A DNA stretch of 64,000 nt from the human T2T-CHM13v2.0 reference genome, Homo sapiens. The first letter of the stretch is position 1. Each line of letters opens with the position of its first letter. Shown here one piece after another: positions 1 through 19,865 of this stretch. A program made the translations under genes and the position numbers. The notes under the pieces were generated by a model. The model worked only from the letters and a program-made list of their open reading frames with translations. It did no database searches and was not told the origin of the DNA. The DNA is taken from assembly GCF_009914755.1 (NCBI RefSeq), contig NC_060937.1. One strand, given 5' to 3'.

Positions 1-3000
1 GCCATTTTATATGGCCTTACTCTTATTAATAAAGAAAAATAAAATGACAAAATTGAGAATGTAAATAAGATAAAGATAGAATAGTATTCATAGCACATGG
101 TAAATAATGAATAGATTTTGTACTTAATTTTCTTTGAGCATCAATAATGTTAGATTTGAGGAGGAGGCTGAGCAAGATGGTAGAATAGAAGGCTGCACTG
201 ATCATTCCCTCTTGCAAGGGCAGCAATTTAACACCTACATACAAAAAGCGCCTTCATAAGACCTCAAAATCAGGTAAGCACTCACAGTATCTGGTTTTTA
301 ACTTCATATCACTGAGAGAGACACTGAAGAGGTAGAAAAAACAGTCTCGAATCGCTGATGCCATCCCTCCCCCACCCATAGCAGCAGTGGCATGGTGCAG
401 AGTATTTCTGTGGTCTCGGAGAGGGAGAGTGCAGCAAATGGGAGGCATTAAACTCAGTGCTGTTCTGTTATAACAGGAAGGAAAACCAGAACAAACTTAG
501 CTGATGCCCACCCATGAAGGGAGCATTTAAACCAGCCCTAGCCAGAGTGGAATCACCAATCACAGAGGTGGGAACTTGACGTCCCACAAACCACACCACC
601 ACGGGCTAAAGTGCTCTGGGGCTGCCAATAAACTTGAAAGGCAGAGTAGGCCACAAGGACTGCAACTTTTAGGAGAGTCCTAGTGCTGAACTGGGCACAG
701 AGACAGTAGACAGGGGTTGGGGGGAGGGCATGCTGAGACACCAGCCAGGACAGCCAAAAGAGTGCTGCCATCACCACTCCCATAACCGCAGGATGCACAG
801 CTCACAACTGTAAAAGAGATGCCCCTGCTTTCTGCTTGAGGATAGAAGAGGGAAGAGTGGGGAGGACATTTGTCTTAAACATGGATAGTAGCTCAGCCAC
901 ATCAGGATAGGACACTGGTCAGTATTAGGAGGCCCCCTTCCCAGCCCTAAATCTTGTATGACATTACTAGACACATCCCCCTGGGCCAGAAGGGAACCTA
1001 CTGTCTTGAAGGGAAGGACCCAGTCCTGGCAGCATTCATCACCTGCTAACTGAAGGGCCCTTAGACCCTGAATAACCAGCAGTGATACCCAGGTACTATG
1101 TCGAAGGCCTTGGGTGAGACCTGACATTTACTGGCTTCAGAGGAGGCTCAGCAATTCCTGCTGGGGTGGCTGCAGGAAGAGACTCCTTCTGCTTGAGAAA
1201 AACAGAAGGAAGAGTTAGAGACTTTGTCTTGCACCTTAGGTACCAGCTCAGCCACAGGGAGTAAAATACCAAGCAAGCTCTTTGGGTCCCAAATTCTAGG
1301 ACTTGGCCCTTGGATGGCATTTCTGGACCTGCTCTGGGCAGAGGGGAGCCCACTGCCCTAAAGGGTGGGTTCCAGGCCAAGCAGCATTCACCACAAGCTG
1401 ACGAAACAACCCTCATGCTTTAACGGAAAATTGGCAGTAGTCTGGCAGTACCGTCCATGGGCCTGTGGTGGTGATGGCCACAAGGTGAGGCTCCTCTGCC
1501 TTTGGAAAGAGGAGGGAAGAGAGGGAAGGATTGTGTCTTCTGGTTTGAGCGCCAGCTCAGCCACAGTACAATAGCATACCAGGTATACTTCTAAGGTTTC
1601 TGACTCTAGTCTCTGGCTCCTGGACAGCATCTCTGGACCTGCCCAGGGCTTGGGGAACTTGCCACTCTGAAGGAAAGAATACAGGCCTGGCTGGCTTTGC
1701 TACTTAGTGAGTATAGAGCCCCAGGGCCTTAAGTGAAAATAGGTAATGGCCAGGGAGTGGTTACAGCAGGCCTTGGATAAGATCCAGGGCTTTGCTTACT
1801 TCAGGTCTGACCCAGCACAGACATAGAAGTGGTGACCACAGGAGTGCTTATGTCACTTAATTCTCAGCTTCTGATGGCTCAGGACAGAGAGAGACCCCAT
1901 TTGTTTGGGACAAAGTAAGGAAAGAGAACAAGGGTCTCTGCCTGGTAATCCAGCGAGAAGAGAAAGAGATAGGGGTGGAAAGTTTATTAAAATGGATAAT
2001 AACAGAACTTCCCAAATCTGTAGGAAGATATCAATATCCAAGTACAAGAAGGTTATAGAATACCAAGCAGATTTAACCCAAAGAAGACTACCTTAAGGCA
2101 TTTAATAATCAAACTCCAAAGGTCAGGGATAAAGAAACAATCCTAAAAGCAGCAAGAGAAAAGAAACAAAAAACATACAGTGGAGCTTCAGTACATCTGG
2201 CAGCACACTTCTCAGTGGAAAACTTACTGGCCAGGACAGAGTGGCATGATATATCAAAAGTACTGAAGGAAAAAAAAAAACAAAAAAAAAACAAAAAACC
2301 ATTTACCCTAGAATAGCATACCTGGCCAAAATATCCTTCAAACATGAAGGAAAAATAAAGACTTTCCTAGACAAATAAAAGCTGAGGGATTTCATCAACA
2401 CCAGACCTGATATACAAGAAATGCTAAAGGGAGTACTTCAATCAGAAAGAAAAGGATGTTTATGAGCAATAAGTAATCGCCTGCAGCTGCAAAATAAGCC
2501 TGCACTCACTGATAATAGTAAGTATACAGAAAAAGAGAATATTGTAACACTGTAAGGGTAGTGTGAAAACTACTCTTATTCCAAGAAGAAAGACTAAACA
2601 ATGAACCAATCAAAAATAATAATTACAATAAATTTTTGAGATATAGACAGCACAGTACAACATAAATAGAAACAACAAAACGTTTAAAAGTCAGGTGAGG
2701 AAGTTAGGGCTTACAGTTTTTGTTTTCTTTTTGCTTGTGTTTATACAGTGTTAAGTTGTTAACAGCTTAAAATAATGGTATTTGCAAGCCTCATGGTAAC
2801 CTCAAACCAAAAAACATGTAACAGGTACATTAAAAATAAAAAATGAGAAACATTCACATCACCAGTCAAAATCACCTTCACTAAAAGGAAGACAGCAAGG
2901 AAAGAAAGAAGAGAAGACCATAAAACAACCAGAAAACAAAGAAGAAAATGACAGGAGTAAGTCTTTACTTATTAACAACAACAATGAATGTAAATAGGCT

Positions 3001-4002
3001 AACCTCTCCAATCAAAAGCCACAGAATGGCTGAATGGATTAAAAAACAAGACTCAGTGATCTGTTGTGTGCAAGAAACACACTTTACCTATAAAGACACA
3101 CATAGACTGAATATAAAAGTATGGAAAAAGATATTCCATGCCAATGGAATACCAAAAAAAGAGCAGGAGTAGCTATGCTTATATCAGACAAAATATATTT
3201 CAAGACAAAAACCATAAGAAGAGACAGAGGTCACTACATAATGATAAAAGGGTCAATTCAGTAAGATAAGAATTTTAAATATATATGCACCCAACACTGG
3301 AGCACCCAGATATACATAAAGCAAATATTATTAGAGCTAAAGAGAGAGGTCCCAATAAAACAACTGGAGACTTCAACACCCCACGTTTAGCATTGAACAG
3401 ATCATCTAGACAGAAAATCAAGAAGGAAACATTGGACTTTATCTGCACTATAGACCAAATGGAAATAATAGCTACTTAAAGAACATTCCATCCAGTGGCT
3501 ACAGAATGCACTTTCTTTTCTGCAGCACCTGGATCATTCTCAAGGATAGACCATATGCTAGGTCACAAAATAAGTCTAAGACATTCCAAAAAATTGAAAT
3601 AATACCTTCTCTGATCACAGTGGAGTAAAACTAGAGAGCAATAACAAGGAATTTTGGAAGCTATACAAATACATGGGAATTAAACAATATGCTTCTGAAT
3701 AACCAGTGTGTCAATGAAGAAAGTAAGAAGGAAATTGAAACATTTCTTGAAACCAATGATAATGGAAACATAGCACACCAAAACCTAAGGGATACAGCAA
3801 AAGCAGTACTAAGAGGGAATTTTATAACTATGAAAACCTACATCAAAAAAGAAGAACTTCCAATAAATAATCTTACAATGTATTTTAAAGAACTACAAAA
3901 GCAAGAGCAACCCAAACAAAAAATTAGAAGAAAAGAAATAGTCAAGTTCAGAGCAGAAATAAATGAATTTGAAATGAAAAAGAAAAAAGCCAAAAGATCA
4001 AT

Positions 4003-5697
<1,695 letters not shown>

Positions 5698-8669
5698 ATT
5701 TCCATTGATGCTGAAAAGCTCTTAATAAAATTCAATATTCCTTTATATAAAAACTCAAAAAACTATATAGAAGGAACATACCTCAACATAATTAAAGCCA
5801 TATATGAAAGACTCACAGCTGGTATTATACTCAATTGGAGAAAACTGAAAGCCTTTCCTTAAAGATCTGGAACATGACAAGGATGGCCACTTTCACCACT
5901 CTTATTCAACATAGGACTTGTGGTTCTACCTAGATCAATTAGACAAGAGAAAGAAATAAAGGGCATCCATGCTGGAAAGGGAGAAGTCAAATTATTCTTG
6001 TTTGCAGACGGTTTAATCTTATATTTAGAAAAACATAAAGACTCCACCAAAAAAAATCTATTAGAACTGATAAACAAATACAGTAAAGTTTAAGAATGTA
6101 AAATCAACATATAAAAATTTGTAGCATTTCTATATGCCAACAGTAAAGTCTAAAACAGAAATTAAAAGGTAATCCCATTTACAATTAAAATTAAATACTG
6201 AGGAATTAACCAAGGAACTGAAATATCTCTATAATGAAAACTATAAAACATTGATGAAAGAAGTTGAAGAGGACAACAAAAAAAATGGAAAGATATTTCA
6301 TGTTCATTGATTGGATGAATCAATATTGTTAAAATGTCTATACTGCCCAAAGTAATCTACAGATTCAATGGACTCCTTATCAAAATACCAATGACATTTT
6401 TCACAGAAATAGAAAAAAAAATCCTAAAATTTATATGGAACCACAAAAGACCCAAAATAGCTTAATATCTATCCTAAGCCAAAAGGACAAAATTGGTGGG
6501 ATCACATTACCCAACTTCAGATTATATACTACAGAGCTCTAGTAGCCAAAACAGCATCGTACTGGCATAAAAACAGACACATAGACCAATGGAACAGAAC
6601 TGAGAACCCAGAAAGGAATCCACACACCCACACACCTTTGTGAACTCATTTTCAACAAAGATGCCAAGAACATACACTGGGGGAAAAAAAAACAGTCTCA
6701 ATAAATGGTGCTTGGAAAACTGGATATTCATATGCAGAAAAATGAAACTAGACCCCTATATGTTCCCATATACAAAAATCAAATCAAAATGTATTAAAGA
6801 CTTTAAGACCTCACAATATGAAACTACTACAAGAAAACTTTGGGGAAAGTCTTCAGGACATTGGTCTGGGCAAAAATTTCTTGAGCAATACCCCACGAGC
6901 ACAGGCCACCAAAACAAAAATGTGCAAATGTTGTCACATAAAGTTAAAAAGCTTTGCACAGCAAAGGAAACAATAAAGTGAAGAGACAACCTACAGAATG
7001 GGAGAAAATACTTGTAAACTACTTGTCTGACAAAGGATTAATAACTGGAATATATAAGGAGCTTAAATAACTCTATAGGAAAAAAATCCAATAATCCAAT
7101 TTTTAAAATGGGCAAAATATTTGAATAGACATTTCTCAAAAGAAGACATACAAATGGCAAACAGGCATATGAAAATGTGCTCAACATTACTGATCATTGG
7201 AGAAATGCAAATCAAAACTATAATAAGATATCATCTGACTCCAGGTATAATGGCTTATATCCAAAAGAAAGGTGGGAACAAATGCTGGCAAGGATATGGA
7301 GAAAAGGGAACCCCCATCCACCGTTGATGGGAATGTAAATTAGTATAACCACTTCGGAGAACAGTTTTGAAGTTCCTCAGAAAACTAAAAACTGAGCTAC
7401 CATATGATCTAGCAATCCCACTGCTGGTTGTATACCCAAAAGAAAGGAACTCAGTATATCAAAGAGAGTGATCTGCACTCCCATGTTTTTTGCAGCACTG
7501 TTCACAATAGCCAAGATTTGGAAGTAACCTATTTGTCCATCAACAGATGAGTGGATGAAGAAAGTGTGGTACATATATACCATGGAGTATTCTTCAGCCA
7601 GAAAAAATAATGAGATCCTGTCACTTGCAACAATATGGATGGAACTAGAGATCATTATGTTAAGTGAAATAAGCCAGGCACAGAATGACAAACATTGCAT
7701 GTTCTCACTTATTTGTGGGATCTAAAAATCAAAACAATTGAATTCATGGAGATAGACAGTAGAATCATGGTTACCAGAGGATGGGAAGGGTAGTGTGTCT
7801 GGAGTTGGGGGGGCTTAGGGCAAGTTGGGGATTGTTAATAAGTACAAAAAATAGAAAGAATGAATAAGACCTAGTATTTGATGGCACAACAAGGTGACTA
7901 TAGTCAATAATAACTTAATTGTACATTTTATAGTAACTGAAAGAGTATAACTGGATTGGTTGCCACGCAAAGAATGAGTGCTTGAGGGAATGGATACCCT
8001 ATTTCCAATGATGTGGTTATTACGCATTGCCTGTCTGTGTCAAATCATCTCATATATGCAACAAATATATACACCTACTATGTACCCACAAAAATAAAAA
8101 AGAAAAAAGAATTTACAAACAATAAATAATGTTAGATTTGAGTATTTTCTATGATACTAAACTACATTATGACATTAAACCAGGTAAGATGTCTCAGGTT
8201 GTTTCCTGGCACAAGTTATCTAGGTTAAGGAGCCTCAGTTCAGCCATCTATAAATTGAAACAGCAGTGCTCAAAAGCCCTTCAGCTTCCTACAATTCTAT
8301 ATTGCATTTTCATGACTCTTGTTGGGTTACCTGTAACTATTTTTAGGATCTAAGTTTGCCTTCTTCCAGGTGCTCTGAATGTTCCTTGACATATTTTCTG
8401 TGCTGTCAGTTGATGTGTGTGACAGGGAATGTCAACTAATTGTAATATTAATCTAAAAAGGCTATTATTCAAAATCAATTTGTGATGTTTATCAAAATTA
8501 AGGAGCAATGATCCTTGTTTGTCTACAGTGTAGGCAGGGCATGTCATTGCAGGTCTTTTGCAATATGTAAAATAAGAAGCTGACATTATTTGTGTTCAAG
8601 TCCAAAGTAGCATTTTGGGAAATTCTGGAGCTATTTTAGATTTTTTTTTTAAATCAAATTTCATTGGAC

Positions 8670-8672
<3 letters not shown>

Positions 8673-8700
<28 letters not shown>
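8673..8700. repeat. (GT)n microsatellite
   Basis: About 14 GT units, read directly. Confidence 0.95.
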
Positions 8701-8703
<3 letters not shown>

Positions 8704-9413
8704 ACTATTTGAGTACACTTTTTTCTTATGGCTTCCAATAGCCTCAAAGGCTCAAAAAAATGAGGAAGATTATAGAAATGAAAAATAAGAAATAAAGAAA
8801 AACCTCATGCATGACTATGGGTTATTTTATAATAATTGGTCAGTGATTGGAAGCTTCTGAAACCATGGTCTGGAACATTAAATTGCAAGCTCGTAACTGA
8901 ATATCATAGTATCAATTTTCTGAAATTTGACCCAAGAAAATTTAGAACACTTATGAAATAACAGGGCAATGATTTCCCAAAACACTCATATTACTGAAAT
9001 TGGAGATGATATGGGAACATAATAGTGAAAGCAAAATACTAAGATTTTGTGGGAAGATATTTTTGAGTCTTCAATGTGAAATTGAGAATTGATTAAGAGG
9101 TGACTTTGTGGTGGCCAATTAGGAAAAAGTTATTTGTGTCTACATGTTTCACTAAGTCTAGTGTCTGGAATTTGTGTTAGTTAAGTAACTATAAATAAAA
9201 ATGAGCTGCCACTCAGGCAGTTCTGACTTTGGAATTCCATAAAAGATAGTGCTACAGGAATCCATTTGCAAAATTTAAAAAGGAATCCCATAATTCTTGC
9301 AGAATAGTGGGTTTCGTGAATTGTTTTAGCACAAAGACACCACCATTCACGATCATAGCAAACTACTCAGAAAAGTCGTGTCCCTGGGAAACAGTTAAAG
9401 CTTAAAGAGTGTT

Positions 9414-13674
<4,261 letters not shown>

Positions 13675-14766
13675 ATTGTTTAAACATCTGTAGCATCAGT
13701 ATGATATTGAACTTAAAAGGAAAACAATTATTTGCATATATGTTAGTACTGCACCAGCTCTTCCACCTATCAACTACATGAGTTTGGGAAAATCATTTCA
13801 TTTCCCTAAGCTACTTACTGACATTATTTTGAGGTTTATAGAAGAAAATTCATAGGATACAGTAAAACTCTACATATGTAACATTATTGCATTGCATTTA
13901 AAAAAAAGCATTAAGAATTATTTAAGCACATATCCCCTAGTTAGACAAAGTAAAAACTTTTTAAAGCAGCATTTAAATCCAATGCAATGTCTTAAAATAT
14001 AAGCACTACCAATTCTTATCACTGTTTTCTTAAATGTAGTTAACTTTTAATTATTAGCAGTGGATTGCCCACATAGCAATTTATCAACAGTAAAGCTTCA
14101 TACCTTCAACAGAAGCATTGTGCTAGGATATACTTTGATTACTTTATCTGTGTGATTTTAATTAAAATGCAATGTTTAATGCTAGAGGGAAAATTGTTTG
14201 GGTTTTCTCTTTATACTTCACTAAACTCAGAAAAAGATATTGAAGACACATTTCACTTTTTAATCCTTACCTAAACATCCTAAAAATTATGAGAAAAAAT
14301 GCAGCATCGCAAGGAAAATTGTTGAATAGTATTATCTTGAATATTCGCTGTTTGCAAATTTCAACAATTTAAGAAAAATGCTAACTTTACATATACGACC
14401 ATATGATTTCTGCGATTTGTTTCAGCATAACTCAGTGGAGGATGGGAAGGTTACGTATGTGTAGATATATATGAAAAAACATTTGGAAGGCATTGTTGAT
14501 TGTGGAAACTGAAGAGGTTCATTTTACTATTCTCTCTACTTTAAAATTTTTATGCTGAAATGTTAACAATAATATACATAAAATGAGAAAAAAATTATTA
14601 GGTGATTTGCTGGCTTATAAATCCAATGGAAGAAAAGAAATCCTAAGAGTTAATATGAAATACATTTCATCCAAGTACGTTTCAAGAGCATTTCCTTTAG
14701 GAAAGTTTCAAAACCTTATGAAAACTGATAATTCATTCAGATTGTAGCATGGTCATGTTATGATCC

Positions 14767-15214
14767 TCTGATGCTTAATATTGAGTGTCAACTTGATTGA
14801 AGGATGCAAAATATTGTTGCTGGGTGTATCTGGGGAGGGGGGGTTTGCCAAAGTAGATGAACATTTGAGTCAGTGGACTGGGAAAGGCAGACCCACCCTC
14901 AATCTGGGTGGGCACAATTTAATCAGCTGCCAGCTCAACCAGATTAAAAGCAGGCAGAAGAGCGTGGAAAGACTAGACTGGTTTACTCTTCTGGTTTCTA
15001 TCTTTCTTCCGTGCTGGATGCTTCCTGCCCTCGAACATTGGACTCCAAGTTCTTCAGCTTTGGGACACAGACTGGCTTCCTTGCTCTTCAGCTTACAGAT
15101 GCCCTGTCATGGGACCTCACCTTGTGATCCCTGTGAGTCAATACTCCTTAATAAACTTCCCTTTATATCTACATCTGTTCTATTCTGTCCCTCCAGAGAA
15201 CCCTGACTATGGCA
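14767..15214 (+). mobile_element. Solo ERVL LTR, MLT2A-like
   Basis: ..GATGCTTAATATTGAGTGTCAACTTGATTGAAGGATGCAAAA.. through TCTGTCCCTCCAGAGAACCCTGACTA; near-TSD GATCC/GATGC. Confidence 0.85.
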
Positions 15215-16386
15215 GATGCCAACTAAATAGCTTCTCTCTATTATGGGAAATACTAACAGTTTGTATTTCATATTAAGTTCTCTGTCATTATACAATTATT
15301 TTATGTCATCCAGACACTAAAGTTATAAACACAGATTATCACATGTGAAAATAAAATTGTATAGGTTATTATTTAGAGGTTCCTAAACATTTCATGATTT
15401 GAAAACTATGCGTACATGTATTTATACTTCTACCAAACGTTTAAAAAATTCATCTATTTGGTAATATGAAGAAACAAATATAAAATAGTTCTAGTTTAAA
15501 TGACTATATACTGATTATTACATCTACAAAAGCAAGTGAAGCATTGACAAACATCATTTGAGAAACTGGGCTTTTCGTATAAATAACCTAGATGGGATCT
15601 TTCTGCTGAATCAATTCTCTGGATAAAACTAATTCTCCACTTTTTAAAAAACCTTTGTAAACAGTCTTCCTTAATTTTGTAAGATAAAGGAGCCCCTTCT
15701 AGCAATAAGCTCAGCTTAAAACAAGCACTGATTTCAAGTGAAAGTGTGGAATAATTTGGGAACATTTATTTTGCTGCCTTACATATGTGCAGACTGATTA
15801 CATAATGACAAAGAGGTCAGGCTGCTTAACTCGACACAAGAGTACTCACTGGGGCAAAACCTGGAGTCTGTTCCTGTCTGTAATACAGGTTTATGTTTAG
15901 TACAGTGTTCACAGATCTTCCTGAAGTGAATCCCTCATGATTGTTTTACATGCCTTATTAGTTCTAAAACTTGTCCTACACATTAGTATTATCTAGACAA
16001 AATATACATACAATACCTTTGCTGACCACCAAAATCCAGAACACATAGAAAACTAAAGGAATATTGTAATCTGGCTCTGCTTTTTAATCTGACATAATTC
16101 CTTTCTATGTTCAAACAAAGCATTTCTCCCACCTTAGGGTTTTAGCATTTGCAATTCTCTATCACATGTTTGCTTCTTAATCATCAGGTTTCAGCTCTAT
16201 ACTGTCCTCCTCTATAAGAGGTATTTTTGGACCATTCAATGTAAAACAGATTCATCCAGTCCTTATCCAATCAATAATTTTTTCCTAGTTAAAATTGTCT
16301 TGTTTAATTATTTTTATGTTTATTGCGTGTCTCTCTTCACTAGGATGTAAAACATAAGACATCTCCATGAGCACACAGAAGAACAA

Positions 16387-16524
16387 CTTCTTCTTCTTCT
16401 TCTTCCTCCTCCTCCTCCTCTTCCTTTTCTTCTTCCCCTTCCCCTTCTTTTTCTTCTTCTTCTTTTTCCTCTTCCTCCTTTTCCTATTCTTCCTCTTTCC
16501 TTCTCCTCTTTTTTTTTTTTTTCC
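16387..16524. repeat. Polypyrimidine/polypurine tract (CTT/CCT/T)n derived from an Alu tail
   Basis: About 135 bp almost purely C/T on +, adjoining the Alu A-tail. Confidence 0.9.
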
Positions 16525-16660
16525 AGACAGGGTCCCTCTCCCTGTCAACCAAGCTGAAGTGCAATGGCGTAATCATAGCTCATTGCAAACTCAAACTCCT
16601 GGACTCAAGCAATTCTCCCTCAGTTTCCTGAGTAGCTGGGATTATAGGAATGAGCACCTG
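16523..16660 (-). mobile_element. Old Alu monomer (FLAM/FRAM/AluJ arm)
   Basis: AGACAGGGTC..GTGCAATGGCGTAATCATAGCTCATTGCAAACTCAAACTCCTGGACTCAAGCAATTC..GAGTAGCTGGGATTATAGG. Confidence 0.85.
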
Positions 16661-17644
16661 TTTATTTATTTATTTGTTTGTTTTCACCACAGTGTTTAAA
16701 ATACTGCCTGGCACATTACTAATGCTCAGAAAGATATTTTTGAATGAATAAATGACAAATGAAAATCAATGAATTTGTTTATATAGGGCTTGTTTTCTGG
16801 ATCATAGTTAAATATAAACAAAGATTTACTCATCAATAAAAATTATGACACTTTCATTAGAACAAGTTACTAAACAAGGCTCTAGATTAAATCAATTAAT
16901 AGAACAAGGGCAAAGTTGTGTCATTTATCACATACAGTTCAACTATTTACTATTATATAATAGCAAAAGCTCAAGTACTTTATAATACACATGGTACTTT
17001 GAATTCTATTTGGCAGATTTAGAATCCAAATTATTGAGCACATATTCTTTATTTGCTCAAGACATCAGTCTAACAGGGTGCAATGTGAAGGGACAGCTGG
17101 AATTAAAACCTATCTGAGTAAATACATAAAGGTAGTATTTTTAAACTTAAAATAGATTATATTTGAAGAATGAGGAAAAGATGACCCCATGACTCAAATG
17201 TAGTAGACTTTTAAAAGATGAGGTTGCCCTTGATGCTGCAGAAGATTAAACACTGCTAGACAAAACTGTAGGCTAAACTGATGAGATCTGCTCTAATTTA
17301 TATTATCTTATGTGAACTAGTTCTAAGGTAGGTTGTTCTTTCTTTTCAGAGACTCTACTGGGTACTTCAGAGATCCCCAAACACTGGTCATCTGTGACCT
17401 GAAGTTCCACACAAGTGCATCTCTATTAACCATGCTGACCAGTTGTTTCTCATCCTCCATGTTGCTCCTCCAGATTTTTGGCTCAACAAAAATACCCTCG
17501 TTGTTTTGTGGTTCTATCCATATGCTTTTTCTGACAGTTTTACTTACTTCTTTTAGGAATGCTGCACTTATCTTGTCCATTACCCCTTCTTCAAGTGTTT
17601 ATATATATCTCAACCAACTCTTTCACAATATTTGTTGATGTGGC

Positions 17645-17900
17645 CACCTGAAAAAAAAAAACTCTCCATGTAGTGGAAAGTTTACTAAATCTGGGAGCAG
17701 TTTACCCCATTGCTTGACTCTGAATTCTAATATAAAATTCTTCATATTAGGCAAAACTCTTTATACTTATAGTTTTTCTAAATTGATTCTGGTTTTCTTT
17801 TTGAAGCCTCTTCCATGTAAGATGCCTTTGAATATTTTTAGATATTTATTATGCCATTTCAAGTCTTCTCTTCTTCATTAAAGAGAAACATCCTTAGTTC
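17645..17900 (-). mobile_element. L3/CR1 LINE relic
   Basis: CTCTTCCATGTAAGATGCCTTTGAATATTTTTAGATA..AAGTCTTCTCTTC..AAACATCCTTAGTTC resembles the antisense of the L3 3' ORF region. Confidence 0.6.
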
Positions 17901-18389
17901 AAAGTAGTTTGATGCTGGCCCACCCAGCTGGCCTCCACCTCCTTCAACAGCACCATCAAAAGTACTCCTTCTATAGCACTTCCAGTCCAGAGTTCTGGCC
18001 TCTATTGAAATACTGATTTGCTGGTCTGTTCATCTAGAGTCTAACTCCCTGAATAGCAAATGTGCTGGATAGGCTACTTCCTAAGACCAGAGAATCCTAC
18101 TCCTGACATCAGGGACCTGCATTTATCAATGATAAACCCACCATATATCCCGTTCCTGTGAAAACTATATACCTTTCCCCATGTTATCCTAATTGCACTG
18201 CACGATGCTGGCATCTGCTGATCCAGCTGCCGACCATCTCTCTCCCTTTCAAAACTGCACAATTCCTCTGGAACTTCATTTCGTATTAAATATAACCCCA
18301 TAGATACTCAAACTTTTTAGTAAACATTCCATACACTTTATTTCATTAGCTGAAAACTGCTTCCTTTCCTGTTTACACCTCCCTAAAAG

Positions 18390-18987
18390 CTGACATGATT
18401 CCATCATGTATTGTCCAAACTGGGATATTTTTTAGAGTAAATAGATAAAACCATTAGTAATTACAATATGAGATTAGGGGTAAACTGGGACTGGGACTGC
18501 CCTGAACAAACCAGGATGTATGTCCATAATAGTTTCCTGGGGCTGCCATAAGAAATGACCATAAATGAGTGGTTCAAGATAACAGAAATGTATTCACATA
18601 TAGTTGAGGAAACTAGAAGTCTGCAGTCAAGATGTCAGCAGGTTTCCTTCCTTTCAGAGGCTCTGAGGGAGAAGAAATCTCATGTTTCTCTCCTAGCTTC
18701 TTGTGGTTGCCAACAATTCTTTGCTGTACCTTGACTTTTAGATACATCACTCCGATCTCTGCCCATATTGTCACATTGCCTACTTAACTGTGTCACTCTC
18801 TTCTCCTACTCTATCTCTTGTTAGGGCTTACACTAAATGTCAGAGTCATTTTAATCCCATATGATCTTACCTTGATCTTTAATTACATCTGCCAAGAGCC
18901 TTAGTCCAAATAAGGTTACATTGTGAAGTTCAGGTCGGAATGGATTTTTGAGGGACATAGTTCAACACACCACAATGGTCAAACTAC
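18390..18987 (-). mobile_element. MER94-like hAT MITE, split near its TIR by an MLT1 LTR
   Basis: TATTGTCCAAACTGGGATA..GTAAACTGGGACT..CCTGAACAAACCAGGATGTATG, then ATGGTCAAACTA after the LTR. Confidence 0.6.
18520..18974 (-). mobile_element. MLT1 (B/C-like) MaLR solo LTR
   Basis: AGTTTCCTGGGGCTGCCATAA..AACAGAAATGTATTC..TCCAAATAAGGTTACATT..GTTCAACACACCACA. Confidence 0.8.
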
Positions 18988-19411
18988 CTACAGGATGATG
19001 GTTCTTCTCCCACAGTCCATAGCTTTTGGAGTTGTGAGGTGCAGTTAACACATTCTCTCCCCGTGCCATTTCTACATTATTCCTTCATCTTTTATTAAAA
19101 TATCCCTCTTGATACTCATGTCAGTTGGTTAAATCATATTCCTTTTTTTTTGTTTCAATCTCAGTCAAGTCCCTTCTTTTATCAAAACCTATTTAAGTTC
19201 AACATTCATATGAATAAAGCCTAATATCCCCAAAAAGTCATTCACTTGATAGTCTCTATTCCATCGACCTTTACCCCAACTCTGTTTCAGGTTTCTATTC
19301 CGTGACTCATATTATAGATAGTAAATTATAAAAATATCCATTTCAAAAATGGTTAAATGTCAGACATTTCATACAGTTTAACAAAATAGAATTTGTTCTC
19401 AATTCTCTGCC

Positions 19412-19865
19412 TGATATGGCTTGGATCTGCGTCCCCACCCAAATCTCATGTCAAATTGTAATCCCCATTGTTGGAGGTGGGGCCTGATGGGAGGTGATTG
19501 GATCATGGGGGCAGTTTCTCATTAATGGTTTAGTACCATCTCCTTGGTACTGTCCTCACAATGGTGAGTTCTCACATGATCTGGTCATTTAAAAGTATGT
19601 AGCAACTCCCCCCTCTAACTCGCTCCCACTCCCACCATGTGAGAGGCCTCTCTCCCGCTTTGCCTTCCACCATAATTGGAAGCTTCCTGAGGCCTGCCCA
19701 AAAGTAGAAGCCACTATGCTTCCCATACAGCCTGCAGAACCATTAGCCAATTAAACCTCTTTTCTTTCTAAATTACCCAGTTATAGGTATTTCTTTTTAT
19801 CAGTGCAAGAAAGGACTAATAACAAAGGACTAATAACTTTACAGCAGTGCAAGAAGGACTGATAA
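19412..19865 (+). mobile_element. MST (A/B) MaLR solo LTR
   Basis: TGATATGGCTTGGATCTGCGTCCCCACCCAAATCTCATG..AATTAAACCTCTTTTCTTT..GGACTAATA; CTGCC on both flanks. Confidence 0.88.

Larger units (their letters stand above)
16040..16758 (+). mobile_element. L2 3' end fragment (L2a/b-like), interrupted by an Alu monomer
   Basis: Typical L2 tail CTGCCTGGCACATTACTAATGCTCAGAAAGATATTTTTGAATGAATAAATGA and an upstream CT-rich L2 body. Confidence 0.7.

Noticed and set aside
16285-16699. Lys/Arg-rich and Phe/Leu-rich ORFs
   Set aside because: Translations of the polypurine tract and the Alu monomer.
17323-17638. Overlapping 85-aa and 101-aa ORFs as a protein-coding gene
   Set aside because: No recognisable domain, adjacent to an L3 relic, and no consistent exon frame; kept only as a possible cryptic exon.
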